DNA from: an uncultured Planctomycetaceae bacterium
Lineage (GTDB): Bacteria > Planctomycetota > Planctomycetia > Planctomycetales > Planctomycetaceae
Direction of reading: 5' to 3'
Assembly: GCA_963815195.1 (NCBI GenBank)
Contig: CAWFGE010000011.1
Span: 1-64,000 of the forward strand
DNA length: 64,000 nt
The notes beneath the pieces were generated by a model that saw only the letters and a list, made by a program, of their open reading frames with translations, was not told the origin of the DNA and made no database searches. The position numbers and the translations under genes are program-made. Shown here one piece after another: positions 53,237 through 64,000 of the stretch (positions within the stretch are counted from its first letter, which is position 1; each line of letters begins with the position of its first letter).

Positions 53237-53351
53237 CCATGAACGCTCAGGTTGCCGCCAATGGTTTTTGTCGTTTCAGAAACATTCGGCAATCGAATTG
53301 GGATTCACGAAACCAGGGGGCTGACGCCCGGGCTGACGCCCCCCGCTCGCC
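53206..53351. repeat. REP-like inverted pair (further copies at 54272-54300 and, partially, ~38400)
   Basis: GGCGAGCGGGGGGCGT(A/C)AGCCCCCTGGTT and its reverse complement at 53311-53351. Confidence 0.8.
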
Positions 53352-53410
53352 TTGGAAATTCCACAGACCTGAGTTTCCCCAGGGCGGCGCTCTGCTAAAA
53401 TGGCGGGGCC

Positions 53411-54268
53411 ATGAACGACTCCGCTGCTTCGCCCGCTGATTTTCCGAAAGTCCTCGCCATCGTCGGCGTGGGTTTGATCGGCGGTTCCATCGCGGCGGCG
53501 CTCAAGTCGCGGGATTTCACTGGAACCATTTGGGGCGTCGGGCGAAATCCCGATCGGCTGAAAGCCGCGATTCAAGCGGGGTTGATCGATGAGTTCGCGG
53601 AACGCGTGGAAGATGTTTTTGCCGATCTGTGGGTATTCTGCACGCCGGTGGATCGGATCGCGGCCGGTGTTTTGAGCGTTCGCGGGCAGCCGGGGAAGAC
53701 CACGTTGATCACTGACGCCGGCAGCGTGAAGCGGGCGATTTGCGAAGAGGTTCGAGGGAAACTCCCTGCGGGCGTGGAGTTTATCGGTTCGCATCCCTTG
53801 GCCGGTTCCGAAAAACGCGGCTTCGAGCATGCCGAGGCCGATTTGTTTGTCGACCGCCTGTGCGTCCTGACGCCGGATTCCTCGACATCGAAAATTGAAC
53901 TTCAAAGGCTGCGGGGCTTTTGGGAGTTTTTGGGAATGCAGGTCGTGGAGATGGACGCCGCGGCCCACGATCTGGCGCTTGCGGAAACCAGTCATCTGCC
54001 GCATTTGGTGGCGGCGGCTTTGGCGGGGACGCTTCAAGAACAAAACGCCCACCTCGCCGCCACGGGCTTTGCGGACACGACGCGCATCGCCGCGGGCGAT
54101 CCCGGGTTGTGGTCGGCGATTTTTCTCGGGAACGCGGAGGGAATCTCTCAGGCCTTGTCGCGGTTTTCCGACAGGCTCGCGGAATTTCAAAGAGCCTTGG
54201 AACAGAAAGACGCCGGGGCCTTGCAAAACCTGTTAGAACACGCCAAAACCAACCGCGACCGGCTTTGA
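53411..54268 (+). CDS. tyrA: Prephenate/arogenate dehydrogenase
   Basis: GVGLIGGS, TDAGSVK, GSHPLAGSE, HD...SHLPH, GFADTTRIA. Confidence 0.93.
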   Translation: MNDSAASPADFPKVLAIVGVGLIGGSIAAALKSRDFTGTIWGVGRNPDRLKAAIQAGLIDEFAERVEDVFADLWVFCTPVDRIAAGVLSVRGQPGKTTLITDAGSVKRAICEEVRGKLPAGVEFIGSHPLAGSEKRGFEHAEADLFVDRLCVLTPDSSTSKIELQRLRGFWEFLGMQVVEMDAAAHDLALAETSHLPHLVAAALAGTLQEQNAHLAATGFADTTRIAAGDPGLWSAIFLGNAEGISQALSRFSDRLAEFQRALEQKDAGALQNLLEHAKTNRDRL

Positions 54269-54371
54269 CAAGGCGAGCGGGGGGCGTCAGCCCCCTGGTT
54301 TCATGGAATATTGAAAACCATTCATCAAACAACAACCGACAAGCCACGGACAAAAGGACAACTGACAAAGA

Positions 54372-57290
54372 ATGCTGTGGGAAGTTGAAATCCAACCGGC
54401 CGCGGGGCGGCCGGACCGGGAAGCGGAACGGGTGCTGGCGGACAGCCGGGGCTTTGGGGCCGACTCGGTTCGCCGGGTGCGGTCGGCGAAATCGTTTTTG
54501 ATCGAAGGCGATCTGGACCGGGCCGCGATCGAATCCGCCGCCGCGGGCCTCTTGGTCGATCCCGTCATCGAAACCTGGACCGCGCACCCGATCGAAGAGT
54601 CGGCCAAGCCCGATGCAATGAATGATGGCTTGCTGTTGAACGTGCTCTACAAGCCCGGCGTGACCGACAACGTGGCCCAGACCACAAAGGCGGCCCTGGC
54701 GGACCGGGGCATTCACGCCGACGCCGTCGCCACGTGCCGGAAGTATTGGATCAATCCGGACGCAGCGCCGGCCGACCGCGAACGGCTCGCCACGAAGGTG
54801 CTTTCCAACGATGCTATCGAGCGGGTCGTGTGGGGAACGCTCCGGATGAAAGCCATCTCCTTGGGCAGCCCTTATCAGTTTGAGCTGATCAAAGTCCCCA
54901 TCCGCGAAATGGACGATGCTCGTTTGGAGCAACTCAGCAAGGCCGGGCAGCTTTATTTGAATCTCACCGAGATGCAAACCATCCGGCGGCATTTTATCCA
55001 AGAGGATCGCGATCCCACGGATGTCGAACTGGAAACCCTCGCCCAAACCTGGAGCGAACATTGCTCGCATAAAACACTCGCGGGGCGGATCCATTACCGC
55101 GACGGCGAGCGGGAACTTCAGTTCGAGAACATGCTGAAGGAAACCATCTTCGCGGCGACCGTGAGCATTCGCGAGCAGTTGGCCGAGGATGATTGGTGCG
55201 TGAGCGTGTTCAAGGACAACGCGGGCATCGTGCGGTTCGATGAGAAGCAGAACGTGTGCTTCAAGGTCGAAACGCACAACCATCCCTCGGCTCTCGAACC
55301 CTACGGCGGAGCCAACACCGGCTTGGGCGGCGTGATCCGCGATCCCTTGGGCACCGGTTTGGGGGCCCGGCCGATCTGCAATACCGACGTGTTTTGCTTC
55401 GCCCCGCCGGAGACGAGCTATGACGATTTGCCGCCGGGCGTTTTGCATCCGAAGATCGTTGCCCGCGGCGTGGTGGCGGGCGTGCGGGACTACGGCAACC
55501 GCATGGGCCTGCCCACCGTCAACGGGGCCGTGTATTTCGATTCCCGCTATCTCGGCAATCCGCTCGTCTATTGCGGCAACGTGGGCATGATCCCCGTGGA
55601 CAAGTGCGAAAAGCATCTCTCGCCGGGCGATTTGATTGTCGCGGTCGGCGGGCGGACGGGACGCGACGGCATCCACGGGGCGACGTTTTCCTCGGCCGAG
55701 CTGACCGAAGAAAGCGAAACGCTCTCCGGTGGAGCGGTGCAGATCGGAAATGCCGTCACCGAAAAGATGGTGCTCGACGTGATCCTCGCCGCGCGGGATC
55801 GCGGGTTGTATTCGGCCATCACCGATTGCGGGGCCGGAGGTTTCAGCAGTGCCGTCGGCGAGATGGGTGAACACACCGGAGCCGAGGTCTGGTTGGATAA
55901 AGCCCCGCTCAAATATGCCGGGCTGTCGTACGCGGAGATTTGGATCTCCGAAGCCCAGGAGCGGATGGTGCTCGCCGTCCCGCCCGCGAACTGGGAGGCG
56001 TTTCAAACCCTCTGCCAAAGCGAGGAGGTGGAAGCCACCGTCATCGGAAAGTTCACCGAAACCAAGCGGCTGGTTTTAAAATACCACGACGCGTGTGTGG
56101 GCGATTTGTCGATGGAGTTCCTGCACGACGGCCGGCCGCCGATCGTCCGGCAGGCGGTGTATCAGGCTCCGGAGCCGACGCCGATGTCTATCCCGAAGAA
56201 GGGCCGCTACGACGAGGATTTGAAGAAAATTCTGGGTTCGCTCAACGTGTGCAGCAAGGAGTGGATCATCCGGCAGTACGATCACGAAGTGCTCGCGGGC
56301 AGCGTGGTGAAACCTCTGGTCGGGGCGGCAAGCGACGGGCCGTCCGATGCAGCGGTCGTCCGGCCGGATCTGAAATCCTCGCGCGGCCTCGTGATTGCCT
56401 GCGGCATGAATCCCCGCTTGGGGGATCTCGATCCGTATTGGATGGCGGCGTCGGCGATTGACGAAGCGGTGCGGAACTGCGTCGCCGTCGGTGCGGACCC
56501 GGAGCGGATTGCGATCCTCGACAACTTCTGCTGGGGCAACACCGACAAGCCCGAAACCCTCGGCAGCCTGGTGCGCGCGGCGCTCGCCTGCCAGGAAACG
56601 GCGATCGCCTTTCAAACGCCGTTCATCAGCGGCAAAGACAGCTTGTACAACGAGTTTTCCTACGTCGATCAAACCGGCAACCGGCAAACGGTGGCGATCC
56701 CGCCGTCGCTGCTGATTAGTGCCCTCGGTCAGATTGAAAATATCGAAGAGGCGGTGACGATGGATCTCAAATCGCCCGGCAATCGCTTGTTCCTCGTGGG
56801 TGCCACGAAAGCCGAACTCGGCGGCAGCCATTGGGCGATGGTCAATCATCTCGAAGGCGGCGACGTCCCGCAGGTCGATCTCAAAACGGCCCCCCAAATC
56901 TTCGCGGCGGCGCATCGGGCGATTCGTGCGGGCTCTGTGCGGAGTTGCCACGACTTGAGCGAAGGCGGACTGGCGGTCGCGATCGCGGAGATGGCGTTCG
57001 CGGGCGAATGGGGCGTGGAGATTTCGCTCGATCTTCTTGCGAAAGCGTCAGGGATTTCCGATGCGGGCACATTGCTCTTCGCGGAAAGCAACACCCGGTT
57101 TGTGATGGAAGTCCCGCCGGCCTCTTTGGAAGAGTTCAAGGCCCACTTCGCGGATCTGCCGATTGTGGAATTGGGCACTGTCACCGAAGGCGAGCGCGTT
57201 CGCATTTCGGGAACGGCGGGGAATCCGCTGGTGGAGGCTATGTGGAGCGAACTCAAAGCCGCCTGGCAAAAGCCGCTGCATTGGGATTAG
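54372..57290 (+). CDS. purL: Phosphoribosylformylglycinamidine synthase large subunit with N-terminal PurS-like extension
   Basis: [45 protein letters not shown]. Confidence 0.97.
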   Translation: MLWEVEIQPAAGRPDREAERVLADSRGFGADSVRRVRSAKSFLIEGDLDRAAIESAAAGLLVDPVIETWTAHPIEESAKPDAMNDGLLLNVLYKPGVTDNVAQTTKAALADRGIHADAVATCRKYWINPDAAPADRERLATKVLSNDAIERVVWGTLRMKAISLGSPYQFELIKVPIREMDDARLEQLSKAGQLYLNLTEMQTIRRHFIQEDRDPTDVELETLAQTWSEHCSHKTLAGRIHYRDGERELQFENMLKETIFAATVSIREQLAEDDWCVSVFKDNAGIVRFDEKQNVCFKVETHNHPSALEPYGGANTGLGGVIRDPLGTGLGARPICNTDVFCFAPPETSYDDLPPGVLHPKIVARGVVAGVRDYGNRMGLPTVNGAVYFDSRYLGNPLVYCGNVGMIPVDKCEKHLSPGDLIVAVGGRTGRDGIHGATFSSAELTEESETLSGGAVQIGNAVTEKMVLDVILAARDRGLYSAITDCGAGGFSSAVGEMGEHTGAEVWLDKAPLKYAGLSYAEIWISEAQERMVLAVPPANWEAFQTLCQSEEVEATVIGKFTETKRLVLKYHDACVGDLSMEFLHDGRPPIVRQAVYQAPEPTPMSIPKKGRYDEDLKKILGSLNVCSKEWIIRQYDHEVLAGSVVKPLVGAASDGPSDAAVVRPDLKSSRGLVIACGMNPRLGDLDPYWMAASAIDEAVRNCVAVGADPERIAILDNFCWGNTDKPETLGSLVRAALACQETAIAFQTPFISGKDSLYNEFSYVDQTGNRQTVAIPPSLLISALGQIENIEEAVTMDLKSPGNRLFLVGATKAELGGSHWAMVNHLEGGDVPQVDLKTAPQIFAAAHRAIRAGSVRSCHDLSEGGLAVAIAEMAFAGEWGVEISLDLLAKASGISDAGTLLFAESNTRFVMEVPPASLEEFKAHFADLPIVELGTVTEGERVRISGTAGNPLVEAMWSELKAAWQKPLHWD

Positions 57291-57293
57291 CCC

Positions 57294-57545
57294 AAAGTCG
57301 CCCTTCGCTCCGCGAAGGCAGCGAGACGAAGAGTAATCCCGCAATCATAGCGCTGTTTGCAAAAACCATCAAATGGGCAATCCGCGACGTTCGCGGAGCG
57401 GCTGTGATTTTTTCCGCGGTGGCTCCAACTGCCGACTGGACGCCGAGCCGGCTATTGGGGGCGGCTAGAAGCCGCCGCGACGATCACGTTTTCGCGCTAC
57501 CATCGCGGAGCGATGGGCGACTTTCGCGGAGCGAACGGCGACTTT
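57294..57545. repeat. REP-like inverted elements between convergent genes
   Basis: AAAGTCGCCCTTCGCTCCGCGAAGG at 57294; two inverted copies TCGCGGAGCGA..GGCGACTTT at ~57502-57545. Confidence 0.75.
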
Positions 57546-57611
57546 CTCTCTTAATCTCTCACGGGGGCCTCAATGATTTTGGGCGGTTGGTAGCCGGGTT
57601 TCCAGTCTTCG

Positions 57612-58631
57612 TCATTTCTGACTATCCGGAACGGGAGGCGATTTCGGCGTCGCGGCGTTCTCCAAATTGAGGGGCCCCCAAATCGTGAGGTCCACCGGCT
57701 CTCCGGTGTCGAGGAAGACTTTGCCTTTCACCCGCTCCAGGACCTCCGCGACCGTCTGATAATAATAGCGTTCCAAGGCGAGCCGGCGGGCCGCGGAGCG
57801 GGCGTTTGCGTCCGGGGAATGCGGATCGTGAAATTCCTGGATGATCTGCAAGAAGCGGGCGGCCGATCCATTCGCGGCTTGCAAGGTTTCGCGGGCTTCG
57901 CTCTCCGCGGCATCGCGGATTTCGCGGGCGTCGGCTTCGGCGGACCGGCGGCGCTGATCGGCCGACGACAGCGCCATTTGAATCAACTGCTCCCGCTCCG
58001 CCCGCGCATTGGCCACGTCCAAAAAGTCCGCCTTGACCTGCACCGGCGGGGAAATCTCTTCCAACGAAACATCGTCGATCACCAGTCCCAACCGCTGGGC
58101 GTCGGCCCGCCGCTGGAGCCGATCGGCGAGCATTCGCCTGAGTTCGGAGATCCCCGACACCTGCACGAAGTCCACGCCACTCTCGGCGAATCGCTCCGCG
58201 GCGACGGCTTCCGTGGAAGCAGCCAGCCGATTTTCGATCGAATCCGAACCGAAGAAAAACTCCTCGACGCCGGCTTCGGCGATGCGGTATTGCACGGCCA
58301 GCCGCACGTTGAGCAGGTTCTTATCGCCCGTCAAAAACACGAGCTCTCGGGGTGCCCCATCTCCCAGTAAAAGCGACTCGTCGTTCGCGCGGGAATCGCC
58401 CGCGGGAATTTCGAGCGTGCGGACTTCGTTGAGGTTCACGCGGTCCACTTGCGAGATCGGCCAAGGCCAATCGAAGTGCAACCCGTTTCCATAAAGCACG
58501 AGCGAGCCGTCGTCCTGGCGAACCGCCCGCCCGCACCGCCGCACGACCGCCCGTTCGTTGCTGCCCACAATGGAAACCGCCGTGAGCAGCCACACGGCAA
58601 CGAGAGCCAGGATGATTTTGAGAAAACGCAT
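57612..58631 (-). CDS. HflK-like SPFH/band-7 protein
   Basis: N-terminal TM, ERAVVRRCG, GLHF.WPWPI, LTGDKN, PPVQVKADF, GSAARF. Confidence 0.85.
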   Translation of the reverse strand: MRFLKIILALVAVWLLTAVSIVGSNERAVVRRCGRAVRQDDGSLVLYGNGLHFDWPWPISQVDRVNLNEVRTLEIPAGDSRANDESLLLGDGAPRELVFLTGDKNLLNVRLAVQYRIAEAGVEEFFFGSDSIENRLAASTEAVAAERFAESGVDFVQVSGISELRRMLADRLQRRADAQRLGLVIDDVSLEEISPPVQVKADFLDVANARAEREQLIQMALSSADQRRRSAEADAREIRDAAESEARETLQAANGSAARFLQIIQEFHDPHSPDANARSAARRLALERYYYQTVAEVLERVKGKVFLDTGEPVDLTIWGPLNLENAATPKSPPVPDSQK

Positions 58632-58712
58632 CGGGCGGAAAAGTCGAGTGGAGAAATTCGAGACACGAATTCTACCACGAGGTCCGTGTTGCGTCATGTC
58701 GCGGAGCCCGAT

Positions 58713-59663
58713 TTAATTGCACTCGGCCACCAAGGGGCCGGCGAGTTCTTTCAGGAAGTACAACCGGCCCGGCTGCGTGGGCATGTACGTGGACGGGATC
58801 CAGGGCGTGGGTTCGTGGCGGAGCGTCATCCACAGGCTGAGTCCTTGCCACATCATGCCCCGGCCCAACGCTCCGTCCGCGCCGCCGATGATCGAATCCG
58901 CATTCAAAAACAGCCCCGGCCCGATCGTGTTCGCATACGCGGGGACCAAGGTGGTCCGGCTTTTGAAGCTCGTGATCGCGTTTTGCTCGACGGTGAGCGG
59001 ATGCAGCTTCGCGCCGATGCGGTGCGTCTGCTGTTTCCACTCGGCTTCGCTTTCGTACTCGCCCGCGAACTGCGGCTCCCAAAATGCGATGTGGCACACC
59101 CGCCCGATCCCGAAGATCACCGTCAGCTTGCCGCCGGCCGCCCGCAATTCGCCGATGCGGTCCCCGTAGGTCGGCAGCTTGTCTTTCGTGCCGAAGTGCC
59201 GCTGACTTTCGGGCACGGTGAGTGAACCCAAGGGGCCGTAAAAAGCCTGCTCCATCGCGTTTTGAAACGCCCCCGGATCGGTCGCCGGCAGCGTGTTGCC
59301 TCGGGCGTCGCTCCACTCATCCATGTTGAACCCGTGGACGTGGTCGCAGGGCACGTTCCACTCTTTCAGAAAATACACCGCCCAGCGGTACATGCCCATC
59401 GGCCCGACCGGCAGAATCAGCACCGCTTTCTCGCCCGCCTCCCGACGCCGGCGGATGGTGTGCGCGATCTCGTGGCCCATGAAGGTGTCAAAATCCGCCA
59501 CCGACTCGCAGGGCACCGGCTCGAACTGCGGATGCCACCACGATTGGCGATCCGTGACCGATTGGGGATTGTCATCGACGCATCCGTCAATCTTCGCCAG
59601 GTCCCAACCGGCAGGATAAAAGCCTTCCATCAACGAACCGGGAAGCGTGTTGAGCAAATCCAT
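58713..59663 (-). CDS. Glucosamine-6-phosphate isomerase/deaminase-like (NagB family) protein
   Basis: [28 protein letters not shown]. Confidence 0.8.
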   Translation of the reverse strand: MDLLNTLPGSLMEGFYPAGWDLAKIDGCVDDNPQSVTDRQSWWHPQFEPVPCESVADFDTFMGHEIAHTIRRRREAGEKAVLILPVGPMGMYRWAVYFLKEWNVPCDHVHGFNMDEWSDARGNTLPATDPGAFQNAMEQAFYGPLGSLTVPESQRHFGTKDKLPTYGDRIGELRAAGGKLTVIFGIGRVCHIAFWEPQFAGEYESEAEWKQQTHRIGAKLHPLTVEQNAITSFKSRTTLVPAYANTIGPGLFLNADSIIGGADGALGRGMMWQGLSLWMTLRHEPTPWIPSTYMPTQPGRLYFLKELAGPLVAECN

Positions 59664-59743
59664 GAGTCGTCCTTCAATTGAGAGCCGCGAGCTTTGCGAG
59701 ATTCGGATTTCGGATTAACCGGCGCGGAACCACACATCGTGAT

Positions 59744-60163
59744 TTAACCGTCCATGCCGGGGTGGACCCATTCGGTGCTGCCGTCGGCCCAGTTTTCTTT
59801 TTTCCAGATGGGCACGAGAACTTTCAGCTCATCGATCAAAAACTGCCCGGCTTCGAAGGCCTGGCTTCGATGCGGGCAGCTCACCGCGACCGCCACGCTG
59901 ATGTCGCCCAGCTCCAGATGCCCCAGGCGGTGGACGATGCCTGCTTTGTCGATCGGCCATTTTTGCTCCGCGGCCGCGATGAGTTCCGCCATCTTCGCCT
60001 CGGCCATTTCGGGGAAGGCCTCGTAATCCAAAGCGGCCGTTCGCCGGCCCGCGGTCATCTCCCGCACCGTGCCCAAAAATAGCACCACCGCCCCCGACTG
60101 GGAAGACCGCACCCCCTCGGTGAGGGCCGTGTAATCGATCGGGTCTCGCGTGAGTTCAATCAT
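59744..60163 (-). CDS. moaE: Molybdopterin synthase catalytic subunit
   Basis: GAVVLFLGTVR, LDYEAF, HRLG, PHR, VPIWKKE. Confidence 0.95.
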   Translation of the reverse strand: MIELTRDPIDYTALTEGVRSSQSGAVVLFLGTVREMTAGRRTAALDYEAFPEMAEAKMAELIAAAEQKWPIDKAGIVHRLGHLELGDISVAVAVSCPHRSQAFEAGQFLIDELKVLVPIWKKENWADGSTEWVHPGMDG

Positions 60164-60196
60164 CTTTGTGGATCATGCCAGATTCGGGAAATGGGC

Positions 60197-60582
60197 TTTA
60201 ACGCAAAGACGCAAAGGCCGCAAAGAACATTAGGATTGCTCGATCAATAATTGTGGCATTTATTCCGGAATCGCGAAGCGATGGCAGCAGATAGCCTTGG
60301 GCGTAAGCCCAAGGATCTCAGCCAAAAGAAACAGGAAAGCCGCGAAGCGGCGACAGCAGGAGCCGTCGCGCCGTCACTTGAGATTTGCTGCCGCCGCTTC
60401 GCGGCTCTCGACTGTTTTTGTCCTGTTTCCGTGGGCTTACGCCCACGGCTACATGCTACCGTCGCTTCGCGACTCCGGAAATGCGCAACTTCAAAGCTTG
60501 CGCTTCGGGCCGATAAAACTGCGGAGAAACTTACGATGAAGGGCGTTATCATGTACGTCTTCCTCGGCGTCTTTGCGTTAAA
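60197..60582. repeat. Nested inverted repeats in the moaD-moaE spacer
   Basis: Outer TTTAACGCAAAGACGC (60197/60567); middle TCGCGAAGCGA..GCAG..TAGCC.TGGGCGTAAGCCCA (~60271/~60430-60474); inner AGCCGCGAAGCGGCG.CAGCA (60338/~60386). Confidence 0.85.
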
Positions 60583-60595
60583 AACGAAGATGCTT

Positions 60596-60847
60596 TCAGC
60601 CCCCACTGACCGGCGGAAAACACGCGGCTTGCCTGTGGCTGGCGATCGGCGTGTTGTCGTCGGCGTAGTCGGTGCCGAGGGCGATCAACAGGCTTTGTAT
60701 GTGCGGCTCCAGTTTCGGATAGCTCTCGGCGAGCGCAAACCTGAGATCGCCGACGGTGGCGGAGTCCGCCAAGCTCAATGACACCTTCTCGGTGCCGGCG
60801 AGGTCGCGGGCGCGGGCGAACAGCGTGACATCAATCGTAACGGTCAT
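60596..60847 (-). CDS. moaD: Molybdopterin synthase sulfur carrier
   Basis: VTLFARARDLAG...ACFPPVSGG; ATGA overlap with the upstream gene; adjacent to moaE. Confidence 0.92.
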   Translation of the reverse strand: MTVTIDVTLFARARDLAGTEKVSLSLADSATVGDLRFALAESYPKLEPHIQSLLIALGTDYADDNTPIASHRQAACFPPVSGG

Positions 60848-63832
60848 GAGACGGTCAGTTTTCCGGTGGTGCGTTGGAGTTTGTTGGCGATCTGGGGCAT
60901 GAGGCCGTAACTGTAGGCCAGCAGCTTGAGGGGATGCAGCGTGGGGATCGTCGTGCCTTGCTCCATCTGGATTTTGCAGCTTGCGCATTCGGTGGTGCCG
61001 ATGGTGAGGTCGCCGTCCCGCATGCGGGAGATCAACCCCCAGCCGAGCTTGATCGAGGTTTGATAATTCTCGCTGGTCAGGCCATAAGCCCCGGCCATGC
61101 CCGAGCAGCCGCCGTCGATTGTAGAGAGCCTTAAATCGGGAATCAAAGCCAAGAGCCTCGCCAGCGAGGAACTCCCCGACATAGCTTTCAGATGGCAGGG
61201 GGTATGATAGCCCGCGTCGAGCGCCAACGAGGCGAAGTCCGTTTTCAGCCCGCCTCGCTTGTGCAGGTTTTCGAGGAACAACCCCGCTTCGATCGTTTGA
61301 TCCGCCACCGAGCTGCACGTCGGGGTGATTGAGCAGCATCGGATATTCCTGCTTCAAACACAGGGCCGCCGACGGTTCGGTGCACAGGATCGGAATGCCT
61401 TCGCGGGCGTAATCGCCGAGCACGCGGAGATTCGTCTGGGCGACTTCGCGGGCGGCGTCCAAATCGCCGGCGGAAATCATCGCCATTCCCGACGAGGTCT
61501 GGCCGCGAGGCACGATCACGGGAATGTCGTGATGCCTTAAGATGGCGACGAGCGCCTGCGACAGCTCGGGATCGTAGTAGTTCGCATAATCGCCGACGAA
61601 ATACACGACCGGCTTGTTGCCGGTGGCTCCGGAGCCGGCCATTGATTCCGACCGCAGCGACCGCAAGAACGACCGCCGGGCGAACAGCGGCAGCTTGCGA
61701 TGCCGGGAGATGCCCAAGAGCTTCTCCATCAGCCAGCGGGCGGTGGGATGGCGGATCATCCAGTTCGCGGCGAAGGCCATCGTGCTGCCCACGGCTCCCA
61801 GCGAATGGGCCCGCGACAAAATCCAATCCGCCCGCGACAGGCCGTTCGCCGCCACGTAGGCGGCCTTGGCTTCGATCATCAACTGCGGGATGTTGACGTT
61901 CGTGGGGCATTCGAGCTGGCACTGCTTGCAGTTGAAGCACAAACTCGCGAGGTGCTTCATTTCGTCCGAGGCGAACTCCTCCGGCAGCATCGCCCCGGTG
62001 AGCACCCCGCGGACCACGTTCGCCTTGGAGCGCGGGCTGGCTTCTTCCACCGGGTCGATGCGGAAGAACGGGCACATCCGCAGGTCGGGCGATTGCGTCC
62101 GGCACACCGCGCAGCCGTTGCAGCGGCCGGCTTCCTCGGCCATTTCGTTCGGCGTCCAATTCAGTTGCAGTTCCACGAACTCCGGCGAGGCTTGGGCGGG
62201 CGGGCGAAAGTTCTTGGCGGTGATGTGGGCATCGTCGCTGATGATCTTGCCGGGGTTCAATAAGTTATGCGGATCGAAAATGTCCTTGACCTGCTGAAAC
62301 ACCCGGTACAACGGCCCGTACTGCGAACGGATGAACGACGTCCGCGCGAGGCCGTCGCCGTGCTCGCCGCTGATCGTCCCGCCCACGCTGCGGACCGCCT
62401 GATACAAATCGCGGGCCAGCGACTCCAGCCGGGTTCCATCCAAGGGCTGCGAAGGCGGCGGCAAGAACGGCCGCATGTGCAGCTGCCCCGAAGCCGCGTG
62501 CGCGTATAAAGACGCCGTCACCTGGTGCTTTTGAAACACCTTCTGCGACGACACCAGAAACTCGAGCATCGCCTCCGGGGGCACGGCGATGTCTTCCACG
62601 ATAGGCAGCGGACGCGACGGGCCTTTGAGCTTCGTCAACAAGGGCACGACCTTCGCCGGCAGCGACCAGAGAAAATCGACTTCCTCGGGAGTCGAAGCTT
62701 CATGGGCGACGACGACCCGCAGGTTGATTTCGCGGACCGTCGCGACCACCATCCGCAGCCGGTCCCGGACTTGCTTTTCACTGGAGCCGAGCTGCTCGAC
62801 CAACACCGCGGCCTCCGCCGCCGGGGAGATCAATTCCCCAAACCGCGGGTCGGCTTCGCGCGCGAGCGTCAACAGCCGGCGGTCCATCAAATCGCAGGCG
62901 CTCGGCTGCAGGCGGGCGATCTGCTGCACGCTGCGGATTGCCCCTTCGAGTTGCCCGAACAACAACAACACCACGCCGCGATGCGCGGGCAGCGGAGCCG
63001 TGTGCAACGTCGCCGCGGTCCATAATCCCAATGTGCCTTCCGAACCGACCAGAAGCCGCGGGAGGTTCAAATGCGTCTCGGAGAGCACCCCCCGCAGCAT
63101 GTAGCCGCAAGAGTTTCGGATCAAAGCCGGCTGGCGTTCGCGGATGAGCTGTTCATTGTCGGCGAGCAGCCGCGACAGCCGGCTGACGAGATTCCGCTTG
63201 ACCGCGAACGCCGACTCGCCGTCGTCCGGCCCGGATTCGGTTCCCGGGCGAACGGCCGAGCGCTGGGGCGGCGGGGTTCTGAGCATCTCCAGAGGTTCCA
63301 CGCCGGCTTCAAACACCTGCCCGCCGGCCAACACGACTTCCAGGCTTTCGACGTGATCCCGCATCGACCCGACGCGGACCGCATGCGAACCCGCAGCGTC
63401 CACGCCCAGCATTCCGCCCACGGTCGTCACGCTCGTGTTGCTGGGATCGGGCGGAAAATATCGGCCGTGCGGACGCAGCAAATGGTTGAGCCGGTCCCGC
63501 ACGATGCCCGGCTGCACGCGGATGGTCTCCTCGTTGATCGATTCCACCCGCCGCATCGAGCGGGAGAAGTCCACGATCAATCCCGACCCCAAAACCGACC
63601 CCGCCAAGCCGCTGCCGGCCCCGCGGGGAATCAAAGGAATCCCCATCTCGGCGGAATACTTGGCCAGCGTGACCACATCTTCGCGGTTCTGCGGATAGGC
63701 GACGCCGAAGGGCGGGATCTGATAGAGGCTCGCATCGCTGGCGTACATCTGCACGGCGAGCGCATCGCAGCGAATCTCGCCCGCGAGCAAGCCCGTGAGA
63801 TCTTCCATCATCCGCCGGCGCTGTTCGTCCAC
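60844..63832 (-). CDS. FAD-linked oxidase fused to Fe-S/CCG domains (YdiJ/GlcD-GlcF-like; frameshift near 61305)
   Basis: YASDAS, PRGAGSG, GSEGTLG, GEHGDG, NPGKI, CNGCAVC, CFNCKQC..ECP, HTPCH, CSGMAG, ECASCKIQ. Confidence 0.92.
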
Positions 63833-63874
63833 TGTGGGAATTTACCAATGAATGAGAAAAGGTGACGTGCGAAA

Positions 63875-63935
63875 CAAATCCGAAATCCGAATCTCGAAAT
63901 CCGAAACAAATTCGAATGATCGAAATTCCAAAGAA
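63875..63935. repeat. Degenerate heptamer tandem repeat (AAATCCG)n
   Basis: CAAATCCGAAATCCGAATCTCGAAATCCGAAACAAATTCGAATG; 20-bp exact inverted copy at 59697-59716. Confidence 0.75.
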
Positions 63936-64000
63936 TGAACCAAAACCTGGAGATGGAAATCGATGGGAAAAAGGAAGGGGAACTCGATTGGTTGGGTGGC

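Noticed and set aside
60596..63832. 1078-aa ORF appearing to fuse an FAD/Fe-S oxidase to a C-terminal MoaD (ubiquitin-like GG end)
   Set aside because: Artefact of a frameshift near 61305: the true oxidase C-terminus (HTPCH, CSGMAG) is in another frame ending at 60844, and moaD has its own ATG.

Overview
GC-rich bacterial DNA, almost certainly from a Planctomycete: it carries DUF1559, DUF1549/DUF1553 and DUF1501 genes and several sulfatases. Family calls below come from motif recognition by eye; no database searches were run. Many otherwise normal genes are split by small indels, most simply explained by long-read consensus errors, so split ORFs were re-joined. (1) 1-19716 appears to be the right arm of a genomic island integrated at the 3' end of tRNA-Val(TAC) (19716-19789, minus strand), with integrase arm-type repeats beside the tRNA. 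It holds a decayed backbone (probable JAB C-terminus plus ThiF/E1, small ORFs, an XRE remnant). It also holds a ~14 kb AraC-linked sugar locus with three secreted DUF1593 nucleoside-hydrolase-like proteins, a PL1-like lyase, ribokinase, Zn-dehydrogenase, RbsD, a DUF2291-containing ABC transporter and a GH127 remnant. A basic putative DNA-binding protein converges on an unannotated 41-aa mini-paralog. (2) 19.8-64 kb is mostly chromosomal: sulfatases, protoglobin, DUF1559, YHYH, MoxR ATPase, zwf, thiSG, hpt, a sigma-54 response regulator, tyrA, purL, HflK-like, NagB-like, moaE/moaD and an FAD/Fe-S oxidoreductase. It is interspersed with many palindromic intergenic repeats, two apparently collapsed toxin-antitoxin loci, and a nested REP/RAYT (Y1 transposase) module at 43.9-46.6 kb that encloses an AT-rich cargo gene. 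No CRISPR array or rRNA was seen.
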